From the NCBI GenBank assembly GCA_008632985.1, contig QPGO01000401.1:1-32310 (forward strand): DNA of 32,310 nucleotides, in the 5' to 3' direction. Below the pieces are notes generated by a model. That model saw only the letters and a list, made by a program, of their open reading frames with translations, made no database searches and had not been told where the DNA came from. The position numbers and the translations under genes were made by a program. Position 1 is the stretch's first letter; the number at the start of each line of letters is the position of its first letter. This DNA is from Psammoneis japonica. Its lineage: Eukaryota. This document shows, piece by piece, positions 1 to 12,752 of the stretch.

Positions 1-440
1 TGCTCCACCACCGTGCACAACACTACCGCATAAGCCGAATGGATTCCATACTGTGAGTTGAGACGTTCTGTAATTCCAGATCGCGGCATTTGAAAAATCT
101 TTCTAAGCACAACGCCGCCTTGCTGTCGACACCATTTCTCCAATGCTTCGCTGTGCTTTTCCCAAAATTCCTTGTACGTCTTCATTTCCTTTTTCATCTT
201 GTATCGCAGCCGAACGCGATCACCCCACACCTGATCACGCATATCCGGTGGCCACGGGCTCTGTTGCAGGGCTGACACTTCGGCTTGAGCCGCGTCGGTT
301 TCAAAGTCCGAAATCGAATTGATAAGACCCGTAATGCCGTCTGGATACAAATGTGGAAAGCCACAGCAGGCGCAAGATCCACCACTCACATACTCAAACA
401 TGGTCTTGTCCACCACCCAGTTGTCCTGAAAACGAGGCAT
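1..440 (-). CDS. Hypothetical protein, 5' part; runs off the left edge
   Basis: ATG at 440 opens a stop-free frame to base 1 (MPRFQDNWVVDKTMFEYVSGGSCACCGFPHLYPDG...YAVVLCTVVE). Tyr, CpG and TpA content are normal. It is absent from the ORF track because no stop lies in the window. Confidence 0.75.
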   Translation of the reverse strand, partial: MPRFQDNWVVDKTMFEYVSGGSCACCGFPHLYPDGITGLINSISDFETDAAQAEVSALQQSPWPPDMRDQVWGDRVRLRYKMKKEMKTYKEFWEKHSEALEKWCRQQGGVVLRKIFQMPRSGITERLNSQYGIHSAYAVVLCTVVE

Positions 441-554
441 GTTGTACAACAGTGCTTGACTTTCCTTCTTTTTTATGAACAGTGCACCTGCTACCACAAT
501 CAGAAAAAATTGCCAGTTACGATTAGGTAGTAGTACGAGTGCTGCGTGGGTGAA

Positions 555-1758
555 CGGTGAATTGTGCTCAGCACCCATTTCAACCACACCTGACCCCTCA
601 TCTATCATGAGCTTGTTGATGCCGAACAACAACAGAACAGGCTAACAGAATGCCAAACGTTTGTTTCTCGTCACATCATTTACTTTGTAGCAGCAACAAC
701 AACAGTAAATGGGTGTGGCAGAGGAGGCAGAAGAAGGAGGCTTGTCATTGAGGCCGAGTCGATTCCAAACTGCAAGAAAGGGCAGAGGCGCCGATGTGTG
801 GGGTGGTGGTGAAGAAGCATCTCCAAAAGCGGGTTCACACAAGAGACCCCAGCAGAGGCCAAGCAACAGGGAGACAGTGGCAACAGTGACATGGAAGATG
901 ATGTGGCCAATGACCCCATGCTGATGCCCACTCATGGATGCTGTGAGAGAGCCAGGTTGGCGCAGCAGAGGTCTCTCACTGTGTGTGAGACCATGGTCAT
1001 CATGCCCACATGGGTGCTGTGAGAGCCAGGTTGGCACAGGTCTTGCTGGGTGAAGACAACAAAGGCAACTGAGTGCATGCAGTGGGTGAGTCACCACACG
1101 CTAAGATGGCCTCACAATGACAGTTTTCCAGCTCCAAAACCTGCTTCCTCACATTTGGGGCAGGAAACAGAGTTCGGAAAAGTTGACAACCCCAGCCAGA
1201 AGAGCCCACTCACAACCTGCCAAGCAGAGTTTTAGAGCTCTGGCTCAAAGCAACACAAGTGCCACTCTCTGATGACAGGCATGACTCCTGTGCTGGTTGA
1301 TGCAGGTGGCAGCAAGCAAGCGACTGGTGATTGGCCTTTCTGGCCACTGCGCAGGTTGGGACAAAAGTTGGAGAACAAGGAGCAAGATTTGGGGGACATC
1401 TTCAGAAGTGAGACTGTAAAAGAAAGTCACATGGAATTTGTGCTAAAACAGTCTGTCAATCATTGCAATTGGGGCATTTGGGAAAATGCTGGAAAGATCC
1501 TGCGTGTTTTCTTGTGTGCACAAATTGCACTGGGAAAACCCCCAAGTGCACTGACAATCAGACCGCCTTTGACAATCTCACTTCCAAAGATGCCCCCCAG
1601 ATTGGAGCTTCAGAGGCAGCAGGCAAGGAGTTGGCAAAAGAAGTGGCATTTTGTCCCAAGAAAGCCAGCGCGAGAATTTGGTTGTTGGTGTGCTGTGATG
1701 AAGCTGGAGATGTCCAAGGAGCATCTCCAAAAAATGCTCCCTCTTTTTCTTTCAGCTG
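555..1758. repeat. Dispersed repeat family A, copy 1
   Basis: Colinear similarity with 4173-5102 (cggtga.ttgtgctcagcacccatttcaac ... tttcagctgt), with indels. Contains the internal sub-repeat gctgtgagagccaggttgg. Confidence 0.85.
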
Positions 1759-2145
1759 TGGTGGCTTGCTGACCTTCTTCAGGAAAAGCCCAGGCAGACT
1801 TTGGCATGGGGAGTTTCTTGCTCTTTCCCAAGTGTGATGTTGAACCATCTGGCATGGATGGCATGGGCATCAGAGTTTTGAAAAACATGCTTGCTTGACA
1901 ACTTGATTGCCCCAGCTTCCTTGACTTGGGTCCAATGCCGTGGCTCCATCCAACGTCATTTGGATGGCTGGGAATGCCAGCATCCACATGCAAAAACAAA
2001 GTCCGCATGATTGTTTCGCAAACAGTTTGATCAAGACTTTTGTCTGCTCTGCCATGAGTGTTGTCAAAGCAAAAGACTTGCTTGTTGAAGAAGAATGCAG
2101 ACAATGCCGAAATGTTGCCTGCTTGCTTGAGGCAACATCCAGAAC

Positions 2146-3291
2146 TCAGAACTGCCTGCGCATTCTGAACACATCAGCCATTCCAACGCATGCAATGGGC
2201 TTCTTAGATTCAACATGAACCCCCAGTTTTTCTACCCCATTCGAGTCTCGCAACTTCACAGCACCAGCACTGACAGCGGGAAGAACAGGATGGACCATGC
2301 AAAAGCATGTCTGCAATTTTTGCTGCAGGAAGGAAACCCCAACTTCGACTCTAGACTGTTGCAAGTTCACAGGATCAACAACCAGGAGGAATGTGAGCTT
2401 GTCAAGAGGAGGCAAAATTGTTCCGAGTCCACGTCGATGGTGATGCACTGAGCTGTTGGGAAAGGCATCCACCCCATGAAATGCTGCAATTCCATGGCAT
2501 TTGTCATGGTGATCCTTGACAAACAAAAGGGTGCCGCTGTTGCCAGGCTCGCCAAGGTCAAGGAGGAACTTCACAATGCCACCAGGATGCCCGTCAGTGT
2601 GCACACAGGCTGAACCATTGCGGCTCGAAACGGCAGCACCGAGACCACGTCCGACAACTCGAGATTGTCGGCTCTCTCTTGGCTTCTGTGGTGAAAGGGG
2701 CGTGTGTTCTTGAATGTCTTCATTGGTGGGGGGCGAAGAAGAGACTTCAATCACAACAATGTCCTTTTCTGCTGGGAGTGGATTTTTAAACTCTGCATCA
2801 TGTGGATTCACCAAGTGCACCCCGACAACACCCAATTGGAGAATCGATTCCGGAAGTTTGATGAGTGCACAATGTTTGTCCGTTGGTGAATTTGTCGACA
2901 CCAACAGAGCGCATTGAGCAGCGCCAACGATGGTGTTCTTTGCTCCACCAAAATGGTCAAACCATGTGTGCGTTGTTTGTTTGTTGGGGTCATGCAAGTT
3001 GTGATTGTCGGCGCCAATCACGGGAACTTCACAAATTAGATTCAATGACAGAGGATCAGCAGCAAGCTGCAGATCCGTCACTGCCGCTTCGATTTGGTTG
3101 ACGGACTCAACCATCCATTGTTCAAACCATGTCAATGGCTTGTTGTGTGGAATTGTCGGCATGTTCATTGCTGTGGCAGCCAGCTGCCGTTGATGAAGAC
3201 TGCAGAAAAGAGTGATGCAGGGATCATAGAAACTTGAGGTTTTGAGGTTCTCAGAAGAGAGGCAGTGTGCGTTCTTGTACAAGAGATTCAA
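2146..3291 (-). pseudogene. Trypsin-fold (PA clan) serine-protease-like gene, mutated
   Basis: 381-codon ORF with ordered motifs IVGAAQCAL (AAHC-like, His replaced), KDIVVIEV (Asp) and GEPGNSGTLL (nucleophile Ser). No Tyr after the probable start MNMPT (~3168). Confidence 0.5.
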
Positions 3292-3549
3292 GCTGGTTAT
3301 GGAGCAAATGACTCCACGCTACAGTGTCGTGCATTGACAGAGCTGCCTTGAAGGCTTTGTTGGACAACGTCGTGGCAATGATCAGAGCGTGATGAAAGAT
3401 GGAAATTGCAACACGGCCATGCGGCGTTCTCTTCAAGTCTTGAGTCTGTGCAAGACTGTGACCTGTGAAATGCACTTGTCAGTTTTCGCACGCAAGTTCG
3501 CTTCATGGCGATTTTGTGCATCTGCACCACGTAATTTACAGCGACATGC

Positions 3550-3730
3550 ATCTTGCTGCTTTCCGACTCTCGCCTGTGACCTCCGTCCGACAAAAACACG
3601 GTGAAGCACGGGAATGCATCTGACAATGGCGGTGCCAATCATCATTGATTCTGCCATTTTTCACCATTCTCCCATGTTTCAGTGAGCTCTTGATGGCAAT
3701 GAAAGAGGGCTTTGGTGCTTGCATTGTTTC
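3550..3730. repeat. Dispersed repeat family B, copy 1
   Basis: Matches 5196-5368 (ggaatgcatctgacaatggcgg ... ctttggtgcttgcattgtttc). Confidence 0.8.
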
Positions 3731-4172
3731 TGTTGGCACCACCCATCTGCCAAGGGGGGCATCCGCTGTTTGCTGCAAAGACTTTGAACAATGGCGTCAA
3801 TGGCTGAACTGATCAAACTCAGAGGAAACCCACAAATTCAGACATGATCCAGTGTGGAATGAGATGATTCTTTCATGCTTTCAAACAATTCAAGGATTGA
3901 CTGGAGACAATGTGAAGGAAATCAACAAATGTTGTGCAAGACTGTGTGCAGAGGCCTCTGGCGCAACACTGGACCAAAAAGGAAAGTGCCATCCCAGCAA
4001 GCAGCGCAACCTGTGCTGTTGCCACCAATCTTGACAGGAATGCTCTCAATGATGGCATTTTCAAGAAGATGCCAGAGAGAAAACACTCAAAATCTCTTGC
4101 ACAGCCACCCCGTAAACCCACACGCCGGGTGGACATGGCAGTCAGATTGCCGGTGTCATTTTTCAAGTTGAT

Positions 4173-5102
4173 CGGTGAGTTGTGCTCAGCACCCATTTCA
4201 ACTGCACATCATGAGCTTGTTGATGCTGAACAACAACAGAGCAGGCCAACAGAATGCCAAACGTTTGTTTCTCATCACATCATTCACTTTGCAGCAACAA
4301 CAGCAATTGGGTGTGGCAGAGGAGGCAGAAGGAGGAGGCTTGTCATTGAGGCCAAGTCTTCCAAGCTGCATGGGATCGCGGCTAAAAGAAGCATTTCCAA
4401 AAGCGTTGCACAAGAGGCCCCAGAAGAGGTCAAGGAACAGGGAGACAGTGGCAACAGTGACACAGAAGATGATGTGGCCAATGACGACCATGATGATGCC
4501 CACTCATGGATGCTGTGAGAGCCAGGTTGGTGCAGGTCTTCTTGCTGGGGTGAGACCATGATGATGCCCAAATGGGTGCTGTGAGAGCCAGGTTGGCACA
4601 GGTCTTGCTGAGTGAAGACAACAAAGACTGCTGAGTGCCTGCAGTTGGTGAGTCACCACATGCCAAGATGGCCTGACAATGACAGTTTCCCAGCTCCAAA
4701 AACTCACTTGTGGCAGGAGCCAGAATTCAGAAAAGTTGACAACCCCAGCCATTGAGGTGCCCGCTCACCTGCCAAGCAGAGTTTGAGAGCTCTTTTTCAA
4801 AGCAACAGAAATGCCACTCTCTGTTGACAGACACAGCTTCTGTGCTGGTCATTGCAGGCAGTGACAAGCAAGTGACTGGTGATTGGCATTTCTGGCTGCT
4901 GCATGCAGGTTGGAACATAAAGTTGGAGAACAAGGAAGCAAGATTGGAGCTTCAAAGGCACCAGCAGGCAAAGAGTTTGCAAAAGAAGTGGCACCTTGTT
5001 CCCAGAAAGCCAGCTTGGGAATTTGGTTGTTGGTGTGTTGTGAAGAAGCCAGGGATGTCCAAGGGGCATTTCCAAAACAAATGCACCCTTTTTTTCAGCT
5101 GT
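4173..5102. repeat. Dispersed repeat family A, copy 2 (more mutated at its 5' end)
   Basis: Alignment by eye to 555-1758. Confidence 0.85.
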
Positions 5103-5195
5103 CAGTTTTCACACACAAAATGTGCTGCCTCCATTTGCGTTGTTGCAATTTTGCAGTGCCAGCATCATGTGCAGCAGAAATTTGCAGCATTGAGT

Positions 5196-5368
5196 CTTGC
5201 TGCTTTTGAACTGCCGCCTCCAACATCCAACAAAAACATGGCAAAGCACAGGAATGCATCTGACAATGGCGGCACCAATTGTCATTGATTTTGCCACTTT
5301 CATCACTCTCTCATGTTTCAGTGAGCTCCCAATGGCAATGAGACAGAGCTTTGGTGCTTGCATTGTTT
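5196..5368. repeat. Dispersed repeat family B, copy 2
   Basis: Alignment by eye to 3550-3730. Confidence 0.8.
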
Positions 5369-7621
5369 CCTTTGGCTGCACTTTCACTCACATTTTTTTC
5401 TCTGTCTGCACCATTTTGACATTCCAGCAGGCATGTCACACAGTGTGTTTGCTTTTGTAGAGTGCCGTTGCAGCTCAAGTTGTCTTTCATCAACCAAAGC
5501 TCATGAAAGTGGTTCAAACATTGAACATTTGATGGTGTTGCAGTGTGGACATTCAAGGTGATGGGAGGGTCACAAATGGCTTGCACTCAAGAGAAATTGA
5601 GCTCACAACATTTGTCTCTCTCATGAGTTGGATTTTGAACCAGGTGTTGCAGCCCATTGAGTGAAATGTTGCATGACAGACATGCCAGAAGGCAGAGTTG
5701 AATGTGAGCAATGAAGAGATTGAATTTGTGGTGCACAGAAGGGCAACATCAACTTCTGTCTGTTGGCAAAGGGAGTGACTTGAATGGAGTGACTTGCTCT
5801 CAACTTGTGCCAATGCTGGCACAAAGCAAAGAAGAGAGCAGAAGCTTGGACACAATTTCAAAGGAACTGCATGTGAGAATGAAGGCAGCATTGTTGAATG
5901 ATCAACCAGAATGCTCGCCATTGACAGATGAATGACATCCACTCAGCCATTGCTGTGCTTCATCCTGCAACTCCTTGTTGTCAAACAAAGTGTTGGCTTG
6001 GGCAAAGCGCCGGGCATTCTAAATGACTGAGTTGATTGTTCAAGCAATGAGACAGCTGCAGCAAATCGACAAGATGCCAGTGTCAACAAATTGGCTTTTG
6101 ATGGCTGCACACCTTTCCAAGAAAAGCACAAGCATGGCAGCACAGCACCTGTTCCAACAAGAAGTGCTGTTGGCACTGATGCTTGCTGTGGCATGCCTGG
6201 CTCAACAGATGACCAATCCTCCACCAGCAGCAAAAAAGATGTCAAAGCAAATGGGGGCTGGGTGCCATGATGTGAAAGCCAATTGCAAGAAGGCTGGTGA
6301 CCAGGAGAGTGGGAGTCAATCATTTGAACTTTGGAAAAGGAAGAAACAGAGTGACCACATCATCAAGTTCTGCCAACACTCAAAAGAAGGACTCAGAGTT
6401 GGTGCTGAGTCAAACAGGGGTTGCAAAGTTGAGGATCTGGCAACAGGGACATTTTTTATTCACCCAGCTAGAGTGTGGAGCAGCGCAACTCTTGAGAGTC
6501 AATGCAATGCACCCAAACAACCAGGCATCTGCAAGATGTGTTTGCCCGTGCACCAAGGGCCCGTCTGAGCATGTTTCTGTGTGGATTTTCCAAAAACTGG
6601 GCCAGAAGAGCCCATGAGTGAGCTGAACAAAGCACTGGCCAACAATCCAGTCATGTGGGAAAAAGCAAAAAAGAACTGCCCTTGTGGTTGTGTGTTAGAG
6701 TTTTTTGACTTTGTTTTGTGGCAAGGAAGCATCAGTTGGTGGAGAGCCAAGCCACAGTTTTGAGTGCCACAAGCAAACAAAAGATGCTTCTTGTGTTGCT
6801 TGGAACTGACCAAATGACTTGCTGTGTTTGGACAGCATCATTTCAGCTTCAGCATTTGTGTGGGTTCTGCATGCCACAACAGCAACTTGTTGAGGCTCAA
6901 AACCTGTCCAAGTGCTGTTGTGAAACTTTGGCATGCTTGTTCAACTTGATTTGTTGTGGTTCAATCAGTTGCAAGCACAAAACTTTTGTGCACATTCCAT
7001 GAGAACTTTCCCGACATCTGCCATGACACATGCTTTTTGCAAGTTGTTGAAACAATGACAACACACAACAGCTCAAAACTTCAAGCTTTTGCAAAAACTT
7101 GTTGCCCCATCATGACTGATCTCCTCACCTTGTCCGCAAAACAAACATGGCATCCACAAGAGCACTGGAACAAATTGCCCACGTGCATCCCTGGCACATC
7201 ATCTGTCTGCATTCTCTGACAGTCCATGAGGTGACTGGGTGTGCAAAGTGTGTGTGCATTGGCTGACACACAGACTCATGACAGAGAGCAAAATGACACC
7301 GCAGACTGCGCAGGTGGAGTGAGCAGGAAAGTTAAAACAGACAGTTTTGACCACAGGCACCAGTGCAAAAAAATCTGCATGAAGAAACAAAACATCTGTA
7401 AAGATGAAGAAGATCTTGAAAACATTGAACTCTGCAAAAATCCTCCAAGCAAGTCAAAAATGCTGTTTCAACCATGGCACATTTTTGACACGGCAACCAC
7501 ACCTTGCAGAGATCCAATTGTTGAGGCATCAACTTTGTTGAACAAACAATGCACAGTTGTGTTCACATTTTTAGCTGTTTGTTTGTTTTTGGTGCTGTGG
7601 AGGTTGCTTTGTCATTGACAA

Positions 7622-9137
7622 AATGATGGCATGCAACAAATTTTCAACTTGTCCAAACCCTTGTTGGGGACAAAATGATGATCTGGGGATGCCGTTGCAT
7701 TGCAAATCATTCACACACTGCAGAGCATTGTGATCACTGTAGACATTGTGTCTTCTTGACATCAGTTTGCTCCTGAAGTCAGTCACAAGAATGCAATGAG
7801 ACGGCAAACATCACACCATTTTATGAACATTTCAGTGACCCAACAAATGAAGGGTCATTTTCACTTTGAAAGGCTCTGCTGTTTGACAAACATTTAGCCT
7901 CATGGCTTGCCAGCAATGATTGCACATTTCAATCATCACACATTGTGATGAAGCCACTGAAATGGATGTTTGAACACCACAGTGTTCACAAGGAGGCTCA
8001 TCATTGAGTCTTCCAAGCTGCATCATCAATCAATCCATGCGCTCACACCTGTTGCACCCTTTCCACTCTCTTTGTCATCCAGCCACCAACCAGCAGTCCA
8101 ATGGCACAATGTCCAGTTGGTGCAGTCCAGCTGCAAGGCAACCGATGCTTGGTTGAACAGAATCACCAACACTGCACCCAATGCTTGATCCAACAAAAAA
8201 AATCACCAACACTGCACCCCCAACACATGATGCATGATGCCAATGCTGTCTCCAGCTCTGTTTCTTCCCTGCTGAAAAACCAACCCCACAGCCAACATTG
8301 GAGCCAATCTTAACTTGCAATGGAGAGTGCAGCCAGACATTGCAGATGTGCTGGTGCATTGTTCAGGTGTGCATCACGACCATTGTCATGATGGCATCAT
8401 GCAAGAAATTTTCAACTTGTCCAAACCCTTGTTGGGGACAAAATGATGATCTGTTGATGCCGTTGCATTGCAAATCATTCACACACTGCAGAGCATTGTG
8501 ATCACTGTGGACATTGTGTCTTCTTGACATCAGCTCACTCCCAAAGTCAGTCACAATGCAATGACGGCAAACATCACACCATTTTGTGAACACCTCAGTG
8601 ACCCAAATGAAGGGTCATTTTTACTTTGAAAGGCTCTGCTGTTTGACAAACATTTGGCCTTGTGGCTTGCCAGCAATGGCTGCACATTTCACTCATCACA
8701 CTTTGTGATGACGTCACTGAAATTGACATTTGAGCACCATCATCATGTTCACAAGGAGGCTCATCATTGAGTCTTCCAAGCTGCATCATCAATCAATCCA
8801 TGCACTCACACACCTGTTGCACCCTTTCCACTCTCTTTGTCATCCAGCCACCAACCAGCGGTCCAATGACACAATGTCCAGTTGGTGCGGTCCAACCGCA
8901 AGGCAACCAATGCTTGATCCAACAGAATTGCCAACACTGCAACCAATGCTTGATCCAACAAAATCACCAACACTGCACCCCAACACATGATGCATGATGC
9001 CAATGCTGTCTCTAGCTCTGTTTCTCCCCAGCTGAAAAATCAATTGGAGCCCATCTTGACCAGCAATGGAGAGTGCGACCAGACATTGCAGACTGCACTG
9101 GTGCATTGTTCAGGTGTGCATCATGACCGTTGTCATG
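7622..9137. repeat. Tandem duplication of a ~770-bp unit, including a decayed PT-repeat coding stretch
   Basis: aaattttcaacttgtccaaacccttgttggggacaaaatgatgatctg recurs at ~7637 and ~8406, and the units are colinear. The + strand reads QPMLDPTELPTLQPMLDPTKSPTLHP. Confidence 0.85.
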
Positions 9138-11453
9138 AGACAGACCTTCTTGGCATCATGTCTTCATGCTCTGACACATGTGCTCCTGCAGGCTGAAAGA
9201 CAAAAGAGCAATGCCGGATGAATGTTGGACTGAGGGATGCTGGAGGGATGCTGAACAATGCTCTCTGGCTTGTTGCTGGACATCACCTGGTTGACTCATC
9301 TTTCTGCTGTCAGCTTTGAAATGTCTTGGGTTTGGATGCAACCACCATGTGGTTGAACAGTGTTGCTGACTTTGAAATGAGGCAACACACTTGAGGGAGT
9401 TTGTGTGTTGGATTTTTGACACTCAAGCCTCTTTCAGTGCATTCCCACCCAAGATGCTGATGGCTGATGATGGGGTGGGTGCTGCCTCTCAGCATGACCT
9501 GACCAATCCACTGCACTGCTGTTTCAGAGTGGCCTTGGTGCTCAACAAGGCAGGGCACAGTGCTGCACTTTTTCAAGATGCAGCCTGGCAAGACTCATGG
9601 CTGGCTTGACAAATGTGATGGGTCAGCTGCCCCATGTGCAGAGCATGGTGCAAAGCCAGGGGTGGTTGACTCTCATTGCCTTCAGAGGAGACAACAAGGA
9701 AAACTGCCATGTGCAGCTCACATGAAAGGACAAGTCAGTTGGTGGTGCCAGGACTGGCAATTGTGACATCATCAAGCATGCTGATGTCAAAACAATCTGG
9801 TCCTTTCTTGCCCTCCTCCAGGGTTGGATCAACAGGAATGCAGATGGTTTGTTGAGTGGAGCAAGTGCACATGTGCAGCACTTGCACATTTGTGCAACAC
9901 CTCAAGGAAAAACAGTGTAAAGAAAAAGGCTGAGACATGGTCCTGGTGAGGAATGTGGGTGGCACAAATGGAAGGGCTCATCAAGAATGGCATCATGATG
10001 GATTTGTTGAGTGCTGGCCTCATCCCTTGGATCCCAAAAGTTGTCTGCTTGCACTGCTGCTGTCATCTCATTGGAGCTGTGGCTGTGCTTCCACACAACA
10101 TTGCCAGATGGGTGGCACATGGTCATGCTGCTGGAAGCAGGGCAGAAGCTCTCATTGAGCACCAAAGCAAAAAACTGCAAGAAGGCATCTGCTCTTGCTC
10201 TGCAAACCATCATGCACTCAGGTCAAAGCTGTGCATGTGCACCTTCAAGATGCTGCAGACAGAAGGTGATGCCACCTGAGGCTGCACATGACCCACTGTG
10301 AGATGAGCCAAAGAGCCTTGAGGATGAAGTGGGCCAGGGCAAGGTTGCCATTGAAAGTGCCACATTGCTCCTTTGGCTTTGATGACACAGGACAGTCAAG
10401 TTGTCTGGAAAATGACCTGCGCCATTCTCACAACTTGAGCTCATGAATTGTTGAAGGAGCAGCACCAAAGGCTGCCAGCATGGAAAAGATCAAGAAGGCT
10501 TTGTGGAGGTCTCAGGCAGGCAGTTGAAACCCAGATGAGAAAGTGGGCATGGTCATTGCCAAAGTGCTCACCTCCCAGCTGGGCATGGATTGGTTGTTCC
10601 TGCCCACCACATTTGTCATTTAAAGCCACACCCAACTCCCATTGTGACACACCAGTGCACACCTCCTGCTGGCAGGAGCTGCTTCACTCACTCCCTGCTT
10701 TTCATTTGCATGTGCATTGACTTGCTGCAGGGGGCAAGCTGACATGAAAAATGTGTCACGAAAAGTTGGGCTCTTGCACCACATGACTGTGGAAGAAAAG
10801 AGCTGGGTGTCATGGGTCTTGGGCAGATTTGCCATTTGGTCATCCAGCCCTGCAAAACTGTCATGACTGAGCTGGATCCCAGACAGAGTTTGCTCACCTT
10901 GAGGTCATTGAACAGCCCAGGAGATTTGCTGAAGAACCCACTTGATTCTGGACTGGCAGTGTGGACTTGGGGGGCACTTGAAACAACATTTTTTGAGATG
11001 GAAGGAGAAGGACAAGTCAAATGGAAAAGTTCAATGGAAAAGAAAAAGGAATTGGCCACACAACCTGTGGAAGAAACAACGCAAGAATGATTAAAGTCAA
11101 TGTTCAATGCACAGTGGAAACAATTGCTTTCGCCCCCCTTGCTTTCCCCAGCAGACGTGACGCAGGTTGCGTGTGCAATCAGCACGGCCATGCTGTCATT
11201 GTCGATGAAGGAAATGCAGAAAGGCTGTTTGGTGCCCCAGGTGCCAAAGTTCTGAAATTGATCAAGTCGTTGGATGAAAATGGTTTAAAAATGCCAGGTT
11301 CGGGAGTTGGGCAAAACACAATCTAGAGCTGGTCGCACCGGCGCAGGCTTTCAAGCTTTTCGCCACTCATGCTTGTCATCAGGACTCACTTAATTATGCA
11401 CATGAAAAAGATAACACCTCCATTGAAACAGAAAATTCTCACAGCAGAGTCCT

Positions 11454-12465
11454 CTAGATCTTGCCACTGATTGTCAATTCCTCGACATGCGTCTTGACGT
11501 CGGCGGGAACATCGTTCCCATGCAACTGCAAAAGAATTTTTTGGACTGATTGAAGAGAGATGTTGAATTCCAGCATGCTCAAGAATGGCACTGAGATGAA
11601 TTTGATCCAGTTCGGGCATGTCATCAATTGCTCAACCCCGTGCTCATGTGCCCTTGCCTCTGCATTGGTTGTGAGGCACACAATTTCAGCTGCCACCCAA
11701 CAGTTACATTCCGGTGGATCGCACAGTGGCGGCAAAATAACTTCCAAATCACCAACAACAAGGTTGTGTCTCCCCATGAGATCAAAGAGAGGTTCTAGAA
11801 TCTCTTTGAAAGAAGTGAATGGCGGATGCAACAGATCGGGCAGGAACAGATGATGTGTCGTTTTCATGTCCACCTCCCTGTTGCGGAAGGGTGACAGCAA
11901 GTCCTCCACAAACTCCTTTGGGGATCCGCTGTGATGACTGTGTTCTGCTGCGTGCACAAAAACCTGAAACAGGCGATGGCATGCAGGACGCTCAGCCGCA
12001 AGCTCGGCAAACGCGCGCATCCATGGTCTAGCCCCTTTCTTGAGTTTACAATCGCCACATCCACGTCTGTAGAACCAACAGTTGGCACTGGCAGAAAGCT
12101 CTTTTGAAACAAGGAGGACCTCCTCCGCCGATCATCCAGCTGCACACAACCAATCATGTGGAACTTTGACTTGAACCTCACACATGTCCTGGTTTGTAGC
12201 AGACGCAACAGCACGTGCCAGCTTCTTTGCGGAGTCGACGTCCATTGATTCCACGAGCCTCCCCCCTGTGAGCGATGGCAACAATTCTTCAATCCTTGAA
12301 GTGGGAATCGACTTTAGCAGATCGACATCTTCCATCGATGCAACATGGTTTTTGCACAGGCTCACGATTTCCGGGACCCGGTCCTCCAGAAGCAAAAAGT
12401 CTGCTGTGCGCAGCAGCGCCACTGCCTCATCCATGTCTGATGCAACAAGCCTTGAGCGGACAAAT
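11454..12465 (-). pseudogene. BTB/POZ-like gene, 3' part (split by the copia insertion)
   Basis: In frame with the 5' part once the element and one TSD are removed (...LVEEKS|FVRSRLVASDMDEAVALLRTADFLLLEDRV). One internal TGA at 12132-12134 (plausibly CGA->TGA), after which the same frame continues to the stop at 11454. Confidence 0.7.
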
Positions 12466-12470
12466 GACTT

Positions 12471-12746
12471 TGACAGAAATTGAAGGCAAATGGCAAGAAT
12501 TCAAACAATGACTCCTTGCTGCTGTCTAAACAGCAGATGAGTCTCCGCTCAGAGACCGTCACAGGAGCCGAAAGACGTGTAAGTCGGTATAATCGGGCTA
12601 CTGTCATTATTCTTGTGAGCCTTGTGGCTCGAAAGCAAACTACATCGCGTGCGAACGCGCGGAACTAAAGCACACAAAACTGTGTGCGGTAAACTAAACA
12701 GCGCGCGATACTTCGCGCGCATCCAAATCCTGTTCAAATCCTGTCA
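12471..12746 (-). repeat. 3' LTR
   Basis: tgacagaaat...cctgtca, direct repeat of 19297-19572 with 12 substitutions by manual alignment. Confidence 0.97.
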
Positions 12747-12752
12747 CTCCCC
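12747..12752 (-). other. Polypurine tract
   Basis: GGGGAG on the minus strand, immediately before the 3' LTR. Confidence 0.7.

Noticed and set aside
935..1050. CRISPR-like repeat gctgtgagagccaggttgg (also 4510-4600)
   Set aside because: Only two units per locus, eukaryotic context and no cas genes; it is a sub-repeat of family A.
600..11400. Many short Cys/His/Gln-rich ORFs resembling zinc-finger or metal-binding proteins
   Set aside because: The composition is the product of TG/CA enrichment in all six frames, not of coding selection.
800..12465. Classical fungal RIP
   Set aside because: RIP produces TpA and stop codons; here TpA is lost.
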